The position numbers and the translations under genes are program-made. The notes under the pieces are model-generated. The model was not told where the DNA came from and did not search any database. It worked only from the letters and a program-made list of their open reading frames with translations. DNA of 42,322 nucleotides from Kiritimatiellia bacterium (GTDB taxonomy: Bacteria; Verrucomicrobiota; Kiritimatiellia; JAAZAB01): assembly GCA_041674125.1 (NCBI GenBank), contig JBAYWJ010000002.1:1-42322 (forward strand). The letters run 5' to 3'. The stretch's first letter is position 1. Each line of letters starts with the position of its first letter. Below are positions 9,004-17,590 of this stretch, piece by piece.

Positions 9004-9810
9004 TCACGGCGTAAATACCTCTATCAGGAAAAGGGGATTCTGCCGGATCTTTTCCCCGATAACCCGCACCATGCCGGCGGCATCAACGATCCTTGTCAAA
9101 GCCAGGCCGACCATGCCGTTTTTCTGGATTCCGGCCTGGAGCAAAACATCCTCCGCCCGCTCGTAGCGCCGGCGCAAGCCGGGCATGTGGGGATGGGTCG
9201 GCACCACGATAGCTCTCCCGGCACTGTCTATTACAGATGGCTTGAAGAGCTCGCGGCAGACGGTCGGGGCACCGCAGGTGTTCTCGATAAAATGCAGGGT
9301 GGTGTCGGCGGCATGCGTCACGCCCAAAAGCACGATTTTAGCACCGAGCGCGGCCAATTTTTCAAAGGGAGAGTTTTTGCCGGCGGATACGTTGCACAGC
9401 TCGTGGCCGGCCATGAGCCCGGCCGCGTTTTTTCCGCAGGCGGCCATGCAGTGCGTCGGGCTTAAGGACCGGATCGCGCCGGGGCGGCGCCAGAAAGTGT
9501 CCGGGATCAAGCCGGTGCCGGACGGGGTGGAGCGCACGTCGAAAACGCAGGCGTTACGCGTGAGCTCGTGTTCGCTGCCGGCCTGGAACGACGGAAAAAC
9601 CAGCGTGCCGGCCGGGCCGATGGCGTCGAGGAAAGCTTCAATCACGGCCTCCGGGCCGCCTTCAACGCGCCCGACGGCCTTCAGCGAGCTGTGGACGAGG
9701 ACAACGCCGCCCGGACCGATTCCCAGCGCGCGCAAATCACCGGCGATGCGAGCGCGAGTCACGGGCGCAGTTATTTCACCCGAAGCCTGCTTGTTTGCAA
9801 CTTGGACCAT
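9004..9810 (-). CDS. AAC(3)-family (aminoglycoside 3-N-acetyltransferase-like) acetyltransferase
   Basis: ORF track 268 aa. The N-terminal block VTRARIAGDLRALGIGPGGVVLVHSSLKAVGRVEGGPEAVIEAFLDAIGPAGTLVFPSF is typical of the Antibiotic_NAT / AAC(3) family. Confidence 0.8.
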   Translation of the reverse strand: MVQVANKQASGEITAPVTRARIAGDLRALGIGPGGVVLVHSSLKAVGRVEGGPEAVIEAFLDAIGPAGTLVFPSFQAGSEHELTRNACVFDVRSTPSGTGLIPDTFWRRPGAIRSLSPTHCMAACGKNAAGLMAGHELCNVSAGKNSPFEKLAALGAKIVLLGVTHAADTTLHFIENTCGAPTVCRELFKPSVIDSAGRAIVVPTHPHMPGLRRRYERAEDVLLQAGIQKNGMVGLALTRIVDAAGMVRVIGEKIRQNPLFLIEVFTP

Positions 9811-9983
9811 ATGGGAAACGGCACGATTCTAGCACATTGACCTGGACATGGACAGCAATATGAATCCAGGGCGGCAACCGCAAATATATCTCTTCTTTTG
9901 ATTTATGATTATCCTGATAATCTTCACAAATTAAAGGCTTTGCTGTTTATTTTTACGGGGATTTTGTATATATTTCGAAGGTT

Positions 9984-10787
9984 ATGTTATTTCCATTCCA
10001 GGTGGGTTTTGTCAGGGATTTCCGCTACGCAAACCGCAAGATATATACCCAGTCCTACCATGCCATAACACTCAACGCGTACGGCATCAAGCGCCTGGCC
10101 GTGGATGAGCTGGAAATCGATCCTGCTGTGCCCGCCCTCCTGCTTACCGCGAAAGGAACACGGATTGCATCCGATTCCATCCCGGGGCGCGAAACCTGGG
10201 GCATCATCCTGCGCACCGACTGCCTGCGGCGCTCAAAAACTCCCGGCAAGGTTGACGTCCGCATTAACGATACATGGATGAGCCTGCCGGTCTTAACGCC
10301 GCTCGGGCCGGAAAACCTACCGGGCTGGCAGAAAGAAATGGCGCGCTTGCGGGAATGCTACCTGAACCCGATCCCCCTCAACACCGCCCGCCTCGAACTG
10401 GGCATCATGAACATCCTGCGCTTCATCATCGACTGCTCGGCCGGCGCGGCGATCCGCAATACTCCCGCCCGCGAGCTCAAGGCGCTCCTGGAAAATCCGG
10501 ATTCAAGGCGCCAGTCCCTGCAAACCCTCAGCAGCCGGACCGGCTATTCGCCCGAGCACCTGCGCGAGCTTTTCCGGTCCGAGTTCGGCCTCTCGCCCGG
10601 CGCCTACCGCAACCAGCTGCGCATGGCGGAGGCCATGGAGTGCGTGGCCAACAGCAAGCTTTCGGTAAAGGAAATCGCTTACCGCCTCGGGTTCAAGCAC
10701 CAGTCGCACTTCAGCCTGGCGTTCCGGCACGCCCTGGGCATTTCGCCGCGCGAAGCCATCGCCAAGTACCGCCTGGGGAAAGCCTGA
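9984..10787 (+). CDS. AraC-family transcriptional regulator
   Basis: ORF track 267 aa. C-terminal double HTH: YSPEHLRELFRSEFGLSPGAYRNQLRMAEAMECVANSKLSVKEIAYRLGFKHQSHFSLAFRHALGISPREA. Confidence 0.85.
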   Translation: MLFPFQVGFVRDFRYANRKIYTQSYHAITLNAYGIKRLAVDELEIDPAVPALLLTAKGTRIASDSIPGRETWGIILRTDCLRRSKTPGKVDVRINDTWMSLPVLTPLGPENLPGWQKEMARLRECYLNPIPLNTARLELGIMNILRFIIDCSAGAAIRNTPARELKALLENPDSRRQSLQTLSSRTGYSPEHLRELFRSEFGLSPGAYRNQLRMAEAMECVANSKLSVKEIAYRLGFKHQSHFSLAFRHALGISPREAIAKYRLGKA

Positions 10788-11048
10788 CCCGCGGCGCGGA
10801 TTTACGCGCGCAACCAACCAAACCGCAGAACCACAGAACAAGGAACTGCAGAATCACAAAGTACGGATCCATATCTTTCCGTCTTCTAGATTTGGAATTC
10901 CTTGTTTGATCCGACTGCAACGCCGTGCGCCCGTTTGCGATGCAATAGCTTCGGACCGGTAGCACTGCGGGCAGGTATTATGCTGTCCGATTATCCTGTA
11001 TTTTATCGCCGGTTCTGATCTATCAGGTCTTAATTTTTGTTTAAGAAC

Positions 11049-12017
11049 CTAGCCGGCTTTCAGCCTTTCAAGCATCTTTTCGGAAACTTCAAGAGACTTC
11101 AACCCGTCTTCACCGGAAACGCGCGGCGCGCCGCCTTCCCTGATCGCACGGAACATGTCTTCATGCTCGCGCACGAACTGCTCGTCGCGCACGTTGTTGA
11201 AGCGGCGGACTTCAAACCCGGGCCTGGCGCAATCGTGTATTTCGAGCGTATCGGCGCCCCAGTCGTAAACTAAGGTTTTCCGGCTGCCGTAAACCTCGAA
11301 ATTGCGCCGCTGCGGATGCTGAACATAGTCGAAATGAACGGTGACAATTTCGCCCTTTTCATACTGGACCAGCGCGGCGGCCAGCGAGGGATTGGCCTTG
11401 AGCTCCTTGTCCGCCAGGCTGTTGCAGTAGCACTCCAGCCTTTTTACGTCCCCGAAGATGGCAGAGAGTATGTCAAGCTCATGGGTGTAGTCCAGGACGA
11501 TGGACCCGAACGCCTCCAGGCGGTGGCGGGGATCTTTGGCGCAAAGGAGGGTGTTGTAAGTGCCCACCATGGCCCGGCCCCCGATGAGTTTGCCCATCCG
11601 GCCGGAGAGCGCCTCTTCTATGATGTGGGCCACGGCAACGCGGAAGCGCTCGGTAAAACCGACCCCAAAAATTTTGCCGGCTTTTTTTGCCGCCGCCACG
11701 ATTGCGCGTCCCTCCTCCACCGAAACCGCCAGGGGCTTCTCACAGAGAACGTGCGCGCCGGCTTCAAACGCCCACAGGCAGTTTTTCAGATGCAGTTGGT
11801 TCGGGGTTGCCACGACAGCCATGTCCGGTTTCCAGGCCGCGGCGGCATGGAAATCGTTGAAAAAACAAATCCGCCCGTCTATTTTCCGCACCTCGTCCGC
11901 AGCAGCCGCGCTGACGTCGAGGGCTGCGATATCCAGGGCGGAATTGAGCTTGAGGTTTTTCAGGTGCCTCAGGCCGATGGATCCGCAGCCGACAACCAGA
12001 ACTTTTCTATTTTCCAT
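11049..12017 (-). CDS. Gfo/Idh/MocA-family NAD(P)-dependent oxidoreductase
   Basis: ORF track 11049-12047 begins with TTG. ATG 12017 (MENRKVLVVGCGSIGLRHLKNL, Rossmann GxGxxG, preceded by GGGGA) is the preferred start. Confidence 0.8.
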   Translation of the reverse strand: MENRKVLVVGCGSIGLRHLKNLKLNSALDIAALDVSAAAADEVRKIDGRICFFNDFHAAAAWKPDMAVVATPNQLHLKNCLWAFEAGAHVLCEKPLAVSVEEGRAIVAAAKKAGKIFGVGFTERFRVAVAHIIEEALSGRMGKLIGGRAMVGTYNTLLCAKDPRHRLEAFGSIVLDYTHELDILSAIFGDVKRLECYCNSLADKELKANPSLAAALVQYEKGEIVTVHFDYVQHPQRRNFEVYGSRKTLVYDWGADTLEIHDCARPGFEVRRFNNVRDEQFVREHEDMFRAIREGGAPRVSGEDGLKSLEVSEKMLERLKAG

Positions 12018-12069
12018 ATATTTCCCCGACTCTTGAGCCTGTTTCAAAACTATTTTTGAATTAACTTTC

Positions 12070-12873
12070 TTATTTAAACTTCGTGAATCCGCCGTCCACG
12101 ACGAGGTTGTGGCCGGTGACGTAGGCGGCGGCGTCGGACGCCAGGAAAACCGCCGCCCCTTTCAGGTCATACCCGTCCCGCCCCATGCGGCCGAGCATGG
12201 TGCGGTCCGAATACGCGGATATGAATTCCTTTGGCTGGTTCCTTTCAAATCCGCCCGGGGAGATGGCGTTGACGCGTATGCCGAACCGGCCCAGGTACGC
12301 GGCGGAATCCAGCGTAAGGCCGATCATGCCGGCCTTGGCCGCGGCGTAGGGCACCGGCTGGGGCGTCATGCCCTCGGGATAAACCCTGCGGTCGCGCCCG
12401 ACCAGTGCGGCGATGGAGGCTATGTTGATGACTGAGCCTTTCTTCTGCCCCATCATCAGCCGGGCGTATTCCCTGGTCATCAGGAAAGTGCCTGTCATGT
12501 TGATCTCAATAAAAGCCTTCCAGGCTTCCAGCGCCTCTTTTTCCAAAAACCCGGTGGCCAGAGGCGAATGCCCGCCGGCGTTGTTGACGAGAACGTCCAG
12601 CCGCCCGAATTTTTTCTTTACGTCCGCGAACAGGCTCACGATGCTTTTTTCATCGAGCAGGTTCATCTCCATGCCGTGGACCGGCCTGGAATGTTTTTTT
12701 GAAAGCTCCCCCGCCCTTTTCTGCGCCTTGGAGGCATCGCGCGAGGTTATGATCAACTCCGCCCCGGCATCAAGAAGGCCGGAAGAGATTTCAAGCCCGA
12801 AGTTCTGGCTGCCGCCGGTCACCATCGCTATTTTGCCGGCGAGGCTGAACAATCCATTTACATCAATATTCAT
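12070..12873 (-). CDS. Short-chain dehydrogenase/reductase (SDR) family oxidoreductase
   Basis: ORF track 267 aa. Cofactor motif GKIAMVTGGSQNFG, NNAG, and catalytic YAAAKAG (YxxxK). Confidence 0.85.
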   Translation of the reverse strand: MNIDVNGLFSLAGKIAMVTGGSQNFGLEISSGLLDAGAELIITSRDASKAQKRAGELSKKHSRPVHGMEMNLLDEKSIVSLFADVKKKFGRLDVLVNNAGGHSPLATGFLEKEALEAWKAFIEINMTGTFLMTREYARLMMGQKKGSVINIASIAALVGRDRRVYPEGMTPQPVPYAAAKAGMIGLTLDSAAYLGRFGIRVNAISPGGFERNQPKEFISAYSDRTMLGRMGRDGYDLKGAAVFLASDAAAYVTGHNLVVDGGFTKFK

Positions 12874-12947
12874 TTTTACCTTTCCGTTGTTTTCAACCTT
12901 GACTTATAGATGCTACACGATCCAATATCGCCGCGGAAGAAAAAAAC

Positions 12948-14234
12948 ATGCCGGCCAACGTCGTCATAGCTCAATCGGGCGGCCCCTCGCCCGTCATCAA
13001 CAACTCGCTCCGCGGCGTCATAGACGGCTGCCGGGGCTGCCCGGAATCCTTCGGCAGGATTTACGGCGCCTGGCACGGCATCGAGGGAGTCCTCAGGGAG
13101 GAGCTCCTGGACCTTTCCGCCCAGGACCAGCGCGAAATCAGGCTGCTCGAAACAACCCCGGCCGCCGGCGCCATCGGCACCTGCCGCTACAAGCTGCGCG
13201 AAGCGCAGGAGCGCGACTTCAACCGGGTTATCGAGGTGTTCAAGGCCCATGACATCGGCTTCTTTTTCTGCATCGGCGGGAACGATTCCATGGACACCGC
13301 CCACAAAATCAGCGCTCTGGCCGCCGGGCGCGGCCTCGGCCTGGTTGCCACCGGGGTGCCGAAGACGATCGACAACGACGTGGGCGACTCCGAATTCAAG
13401 CTGATAGACCACACGCCCGGCTACGGATCAACCGCCCGCTACTGGGCCTGCGGCATCCAGAACGCAAACGAGGAAAATGCCGGCGCCTGCACCTCCGATC
13501 CCGTCCTGGTCATCCAGATGATGGGGCGCAAAATCGGCTTCATAACCGCCGCCGCCCGCCTGGGCGACCCGAACCGCGAAATGCCGCTCCAGATTTACAT
13601 GCCGGAATCGGGCCTTGCGCTGGAACAGCTGGCGGACAACGTCAACGACGAGCTCAAGCGCAGCGGCCGCTGCCTCGTGGCGCTCTGCGAGGGATTCGAC
13701 GCCGGGGACCTCGGCGCGGCGCGCGACGCCTTCGGGCACATTGAATACGACGCCTGCAAGACCAGCGCGCAGCAGGTTGTTGTCAATTACCTGAACTCCC
13801 GCGGCCTGGCGGCGCGCGGCTTCGCGCGCGGCCAGAATCCCGCCTGCGACCAGCGCGACACGAGCGCGTTCCTCTCCGGGGTAGACCTGGAAGAAGCCTA
13901 CCTGGCCGGCAGGAAAGCCGTGGAAATCGCTTCCAAAGACGGCGGCGGCTGGATGGCGACCATCCTGCGCGAGCCGGGGAGAGACTACGCGGTCCGCTAC
14001 GGCAAAGTTCCGCTGGAGCAAGTCGCCAACAGCGAGCGGAGATTCCCCGCAAAGTGGCTGGCCCCGAGCCGGATTGACGTCACCGATGACTTTGTCCGCT
14101 ACGCCCGGCCGCTGATCGGCGCGCAGCGGGTGGAAATACCCATTGAAAACAACCTCCAGCGCTTCGCACGGCTCAGGAAAATATTCGCGCCGAAAAAATG
14201 CCCGCCTTACACCCCGGAAGCCCACAGGCAATGA
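12948..14234 (+). CDS. pfp: 6-phosphofructokinase family enzyme, probably PPi-dependent
   Basis: ORF track 428 aa. Contains SGGPSPVINN, CIGGNDSMD and GVPKTIDNDV. The Asp in GG-N-D-S and the Lys in P-K-TIDND occupy the two positions (Gly in ATP-PFKs) that established work associates with PPi specificity. Confidence 0.8.
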   Translation: MPANVVIAQSGGPSPVINNSLRGVIDGCRGCPESFGRIYGAWHGIEGVLREELLDLSAQDQREIRLLETTPAAGAIGTCRYKLREAQERDFNRVIEVFKAHDIGFFFCIGGNDSMDTAHKISALAAGRGLGLVATGVPKTIDNDVGDSEFKLIDHTPGYGSTARYWACGIQNANEENAGACTSDPVLVIQMMGRKIGFITAAARLGDPNREMPLQIYMPESGLALEQLADNVNDELKRSGRCLVALCEGFDAGDLGAARDAFGHIEYDACKTSAQQVVVNYLNSRGLAARGFARGQNPACDQRDTSAFLSGVDLEEAYLAGRKAVEIASKDGGGWMATILREPGRDYAVRYGKVPLEQVANSERRFPAKWLAPSRIDVTDDFVRYARPLIGAQRVEIPIENNLQRFARLRKIFAPKKCPPYTPEAHRQ

Positions 14235-15403
14235 CAACCCAGGACTGGATAGAAAACGGCCTCAGCGAGCTGCGCGCGCTCGGCATGGAACGGACCCTGC
14301 GCCAATTCCAGGCCGTGGGCGGAAAAACGCGCGATGGTGCTCACGAAACACTGAATTTTTCCAGCAACGACTACCTCGGCCTGGCGCGCAGCGGAAAGCT
14401 GGCGGCGGCGGGCGCCGCCGCGCTCAAATCCTACGGCGCCGGCGCGGCCTCTTCGCGGCTGGTCTGCGGCACCCTGCCCTGCCACGCGGAGCTGGAGCGG
14501 CGCCTGGCCGCCTTCAAGGGCTACCCGGAAGCGCTTGTATTCGGGAGCGGCTACATGGCGAACCTGGGCGTGATCCCGGCCCTGGCCGGCAGGAGCGACG
14601 CCATATTCGCCGACAAGCTCGCCCACGCCAGCCTGGTTGACGGCGCAATCCTGAGCCGGGCGGAGCTGAAGCGCTTCCGCCACAACGATCCGCGCCACCT
14701 CTCCGAACTGCTCGCAAGCGAACAGCAGGCCCGGCGCCGCCTGGTGATCACCGAATCGGTCTTCAGCATGGATGGCGACCTGGCGCCCCTTGAGGAAATC
14801 GCCGAAGCCTGCTCGCGCCACGGCGCCATGCTGCTGGTGGACGAGGCGCACGCCACCGGCATTTTCGGGCCCGGCGGCTCCGGAATGGTGCGCGAGCTCA
14901 AGCTGGAAAGCCGGGTAGATATATCCATGGGCACCATGAGCAAGGCTTTTGGCGCATACGGCGGCTTCGTCGCCTGCTCGGCCCCACTGCGCGCCTGGCT
15001 CGTAAACCGCGCCAGGAGCTTCATTTTTTCCACCGCCCTGCCCCCGGCGGTCGCCGGGGCGGCCGCCGGGGCGCTGGACACTCTTGAAAGCAACCCCGGC
15101 CTGGGCCGCGAACTGCTGCAGCGCGCGCAAGCGTTCCGCCTGCGGCTGAAGGAAGCCGGCTTCAACACCGGCGTTTCCGCCAGCCAGATCATCCCGCTCA
15201 TCGTGGGCAAAAACGCCAGGGCCCTTGCGCTGGCGGAGCGCCTGGGGGCAAGCGGCATCATCGCCGTGGCCATCCGGCCTCCGACCGTGCCGGAGGGCAC
15301 GGCGCGCATAAGGCTTTCGGTAACGCTCGACCATTCGCCCCGCGACCTGGAGAACGCCGCCGACAGGATCATTGACGCCGGCTACAAGGAAGGGCTGCTG
15401 TGA
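14231..15403 (+). CDS. bioF: 8-amino-7-oxononanoate synthase
   Basis: ORF track 14198-15403. ATG 14231 overlaps the pfp stop (ATGA). Motifs are LNFSSNDYLGLA, DEAHATGIFG and the PLP lysine in GTMSKAFG. Confidence 0.9.
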   Translation: MTTQDWIENGLSELRALGMERTLRQFQAVGGKTRDGAHETLNFSSNDYLGLARSGKLAAAGAAALKSYGAGAASSRLVCGTLPCHAELERRLAAFKGYPEALVFGSGYMANLGVIPALAGRSDAIFADKLAHASLVDGAILSRAELKRFRHNDPRHLSELLASEQQARRRLVITESVFSMDGDLAPLEEIAEACSRHGAMLLVDEAHATGIFGPGGSGMVRELKLESRVDISMGTMSKAFGAYGGFVACSAPLRAWLVNRARSFIFSTALPPAVAGAAAGALDTLESNPGLGRELLQRAQAFRLRLKEAGFNTGVSASQIIPLIVGKNARALALAERLGASGIIAVAIRPPTVPEGTARIRLSVTLDHSPRDLENAADRIIDAGYKEGLL

Positions 15404-15484
15404 AGCGCACCCGAGCGAATTTTGAGATAGGTTCTTGACTGTGGGCGGCAAGCGGCTAACCTGTTGGATCATAAGGGGAGGACA

Positions 15485-16642
15485 ATGGCTTCTTCAAATA
15501 AATGGGTGCCCGAGGCGATCCGGTTCGGCGTGGACCGCGAAAGCGGGGCCGAGATCGAGCAGCTGACGAGCGAGCCCGTCACCAGCACCAACATCTACTG
15601 CGAACAGCGCTTCACCTCGGCCGACGGCAAACGCATCGCAATCGAGCGCAAGCCCTTCGGCCGCCCGGCCGAAATATGGGTCTGCGACCTGGAGACGCTC
15701 AAGATCTGCCAGGCGGTTACGGGCACCCCGCTCGGCGCCAACGCCAGGCTCAACTCGGTTTACTTCATCGGCATGCAGGGCAGCCGGAACTGCCTGATGG
15801 CCCTGGACCTGCAGTCGCTGGCAGTGCGCGATTTGTTTCATTTTTACACCAACGAGCAGTATCCTTCCGGGGCCGTTTCGCCCGACGAGCGCTGGTTCAT
15901 CACCGGGCCGGTGCCGGTCCGGGACAACATCATGGGCCTGCGCCGTGTCAACCTGGAAAACGGCCGCACCGACATGCTCTGCGAAATAGAGGACATGTTC
16001 AACCCCCACTTCCAGTTCGAGCCGGCTTTCGGCAAGCTCAGCCTGGTGCAGATCAACCGCGGCGCCAAATGGAAATCGCCCGACGGCAAGCAGACCAGGA
16101 CCGGCCCCCTCGGGGCGACCTTAAGCCTCGTGAACGTAAAATCCGGCAAAGTGACGCCCCTGCCCGCCGGCCGGCCGCACACCCCGCCCATCACCGGTCA
16201 CGAGTGCTGGGCCGGCATGACCGGGCGCATACTTTTCACCGCCGGCCATTACAGCGTCTCGGCCAGCTCGTTCGTGACCCTCAAGGATGACGAGGCCGCA
16301 AGGCGCGAGCCGCCCGCCATTTACTCGATAACGCCGGGGGACGCTTCCGCCAAGGTGGTCGCGCGCGGGCTCATGTTCAACCACCTCGCGGCCTCGGACG
16401 ACTGCCAGTTTTTCATAGCCGACGACCACGCCGACGGCCGCATCTACATCGGCAACATCGTGACCGGCAAATACATTCCGCTCTGCCATTCCCATACCCG
16501 CCAGGGCGCCTGCCAATTCAGCCACGTGCACGCCTACATGACCCCCGGCAACAGGCACGTTGTCTTCAACTCCATCGCCACCGGCACGGGGCAGGTGTAT
16601 GCCGCGCGCATCCCGGAAGGATTTCTCGAACAAATTTTGTAA
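15485..16642 (+). CDS. Oligogalacturonate-lyase-like (PL22 family) beta-propeller protein, no signal peptide
   Basis: ORF track 15464-16642. ATG 15485 is preceded by GGGGAGG. GHECW and Q-x2-H-x-H (QFSHVHAYMTPGNRHVVFNS) match, from memory, the metal-ligand pattern THEFW / QVTHPHPSF of Ogl. Confidence 0.6.
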   Translation: MASSNKWVPEAIRFGVDRESGAEIEQLTSEPVTSTNIYCEQRFTSADGKRIAIERKPFGRPAEIWVCDLETLKICQAVTGTPLGANARLNSVYFIGMQGSRNCLMALDLQSLAVRDLFHFYTNEQYPSGAVSPDERWFITGPVPVRDNIMGLRRVNLENGRTDMLCEIEDMFNPHFQFEPAFGKLSLVQINRGAKWKSPDGKQTRTGPLGATLSLVNVKSGKVTPLPAGRPHTPPITGHECWAGMTGRILFTAGHYSVSASSFVTLKDDEAARREPPAIYSITPGDASAKVVARGLMFNHLAASDDCQFFIADDHADGRIYIGNIVTGKYIPLCHSHTRQGACQFSHVHAYMTPGNRHVVFNSIATGTGQVYAARIPEGFLEQIL

Positions 16643-16660
16643 TATTCCAAGGAGATACGC

Positions 16661-17527
16661 ATGGCCAAGCACAACCTGGAAGCCCCCGAGTACAATCCCC
16701 CGGACTGCCCGGCCTGGGCCAGGGAAACCCTCCCGGCATTTGTCCTGCCGTTCCGCGGCCGGAACGGCCTGCCATCGCCCTACCGCGAGCGGACCGGGCC
16801 GCTGGCGATGACCGTGCGCGGGGTGGACCGCTACCACGCCAACCAGTTCATTGTCTACAGGGAGGAAACGGCAAAATATCTTTACTCAGATTACACCCCT
16901 CTCAAGGTGAACTACCGCAAGGGCCTTCTTCCTTCATTTGAAAAACTTTCAGCCAAGGTTATCGCCGGCTGCCGCACGGAAACGGAAAAAGTTTCCAATC
17001 TGTTGATCAAAGGCGCCGCGCGGGTAAAGCACCCGGAAGGTCCGCCTTGCGGGGAGAAGGTTCCGGGCGACCGGAACCTGGATGATGAAGCCCTGCTCAA
17101 GAGCGAAGCCGGCTGGTGCAACGAGCAGGCGCGGGTTTTCATCAGGCTCTGCCATGTCAACAATATCCCGGCGCGCATTATCCAGCTTTTCTATTCCGAC
17201 CGTAAAACCGGCCACTGCGTTGCCGAATGTTACGCTGACGGCCGCTGGGCCATGGCCGATGCAACCTGGTTTTGCGTATTCCCGGGCCCCGACGGCAAGC
17301 TCCTTTCGGCCGCCCAATGCCACGACGGAAGCGAGGGGCAGAAATGCTGCGGAGCAGCATATTTCAAACGCTTCCAATCGCTTCTTGCCCTGACAGACGC
17401 GGAACTGAACCTGGGAAGCGAGCAGAAAACCATCGAGTGGCGGACAAAGGTTTCGGCCTATACCCCGCAAACCCTGGCTGAAAAAATGAACTGCTTCGCA
17501 ATCATTAACTACCCCCTGCCGAAATGA
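16661..17527 (+). CDS. Transglutaminase-like cysteine peptidase superfamily protein
   Basis: ORF track 288 aa. AAGGAG RBS. Cys-His-Asp core candidates: GWCNEQARVF, GHCVAECY, GRWAMADATW. Confidence 0.7.
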   Translation: MAKHNLEAPEYNPPDCPAWARETLPAFVLPFRGRNGLPSPYRERTGPLAMTVRGVDRYHANQFIVYREETAKYLYSDYTPLKVNYRKGLLPSFEKLSAKVIAGCRTETEKVSNLLIKGAARVKHPEGPPCGEKVPGDRNLDDEALLKSEAGWCNEQARVFIRLCHVNNIPARIIQLFYSDRKTGHCVAECYADGRWAMADATWFCVFPGPDGKLLSAAQCHDGSEGQKCCGAAYFKRFQSLLALTDAELNLGSEQKTIEWRTKVSAYTPQTLAEKMNCFAIINYPLPK

Positions 17528-17590
17528 ACCGGAAGGAAAAAAAGGACGGCGCCGGAAAAAATTGACCGTTGCTACCGCCTTGCCCGAGCA

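Noticed and set aside
10865-10900. GGATCC, TCTAGA and GAATTC (BamHI, XbaI, EcoRI sites) lie within 36 nt, which superficially resembles a cloning polylinker or vector remnant.
   Set aside because: The spacing and surrounding sequence match no polylinker I know. The region is simply a local AT-rich intergenic stretch where such hexamers are expected more often. There are no other vector-like features.
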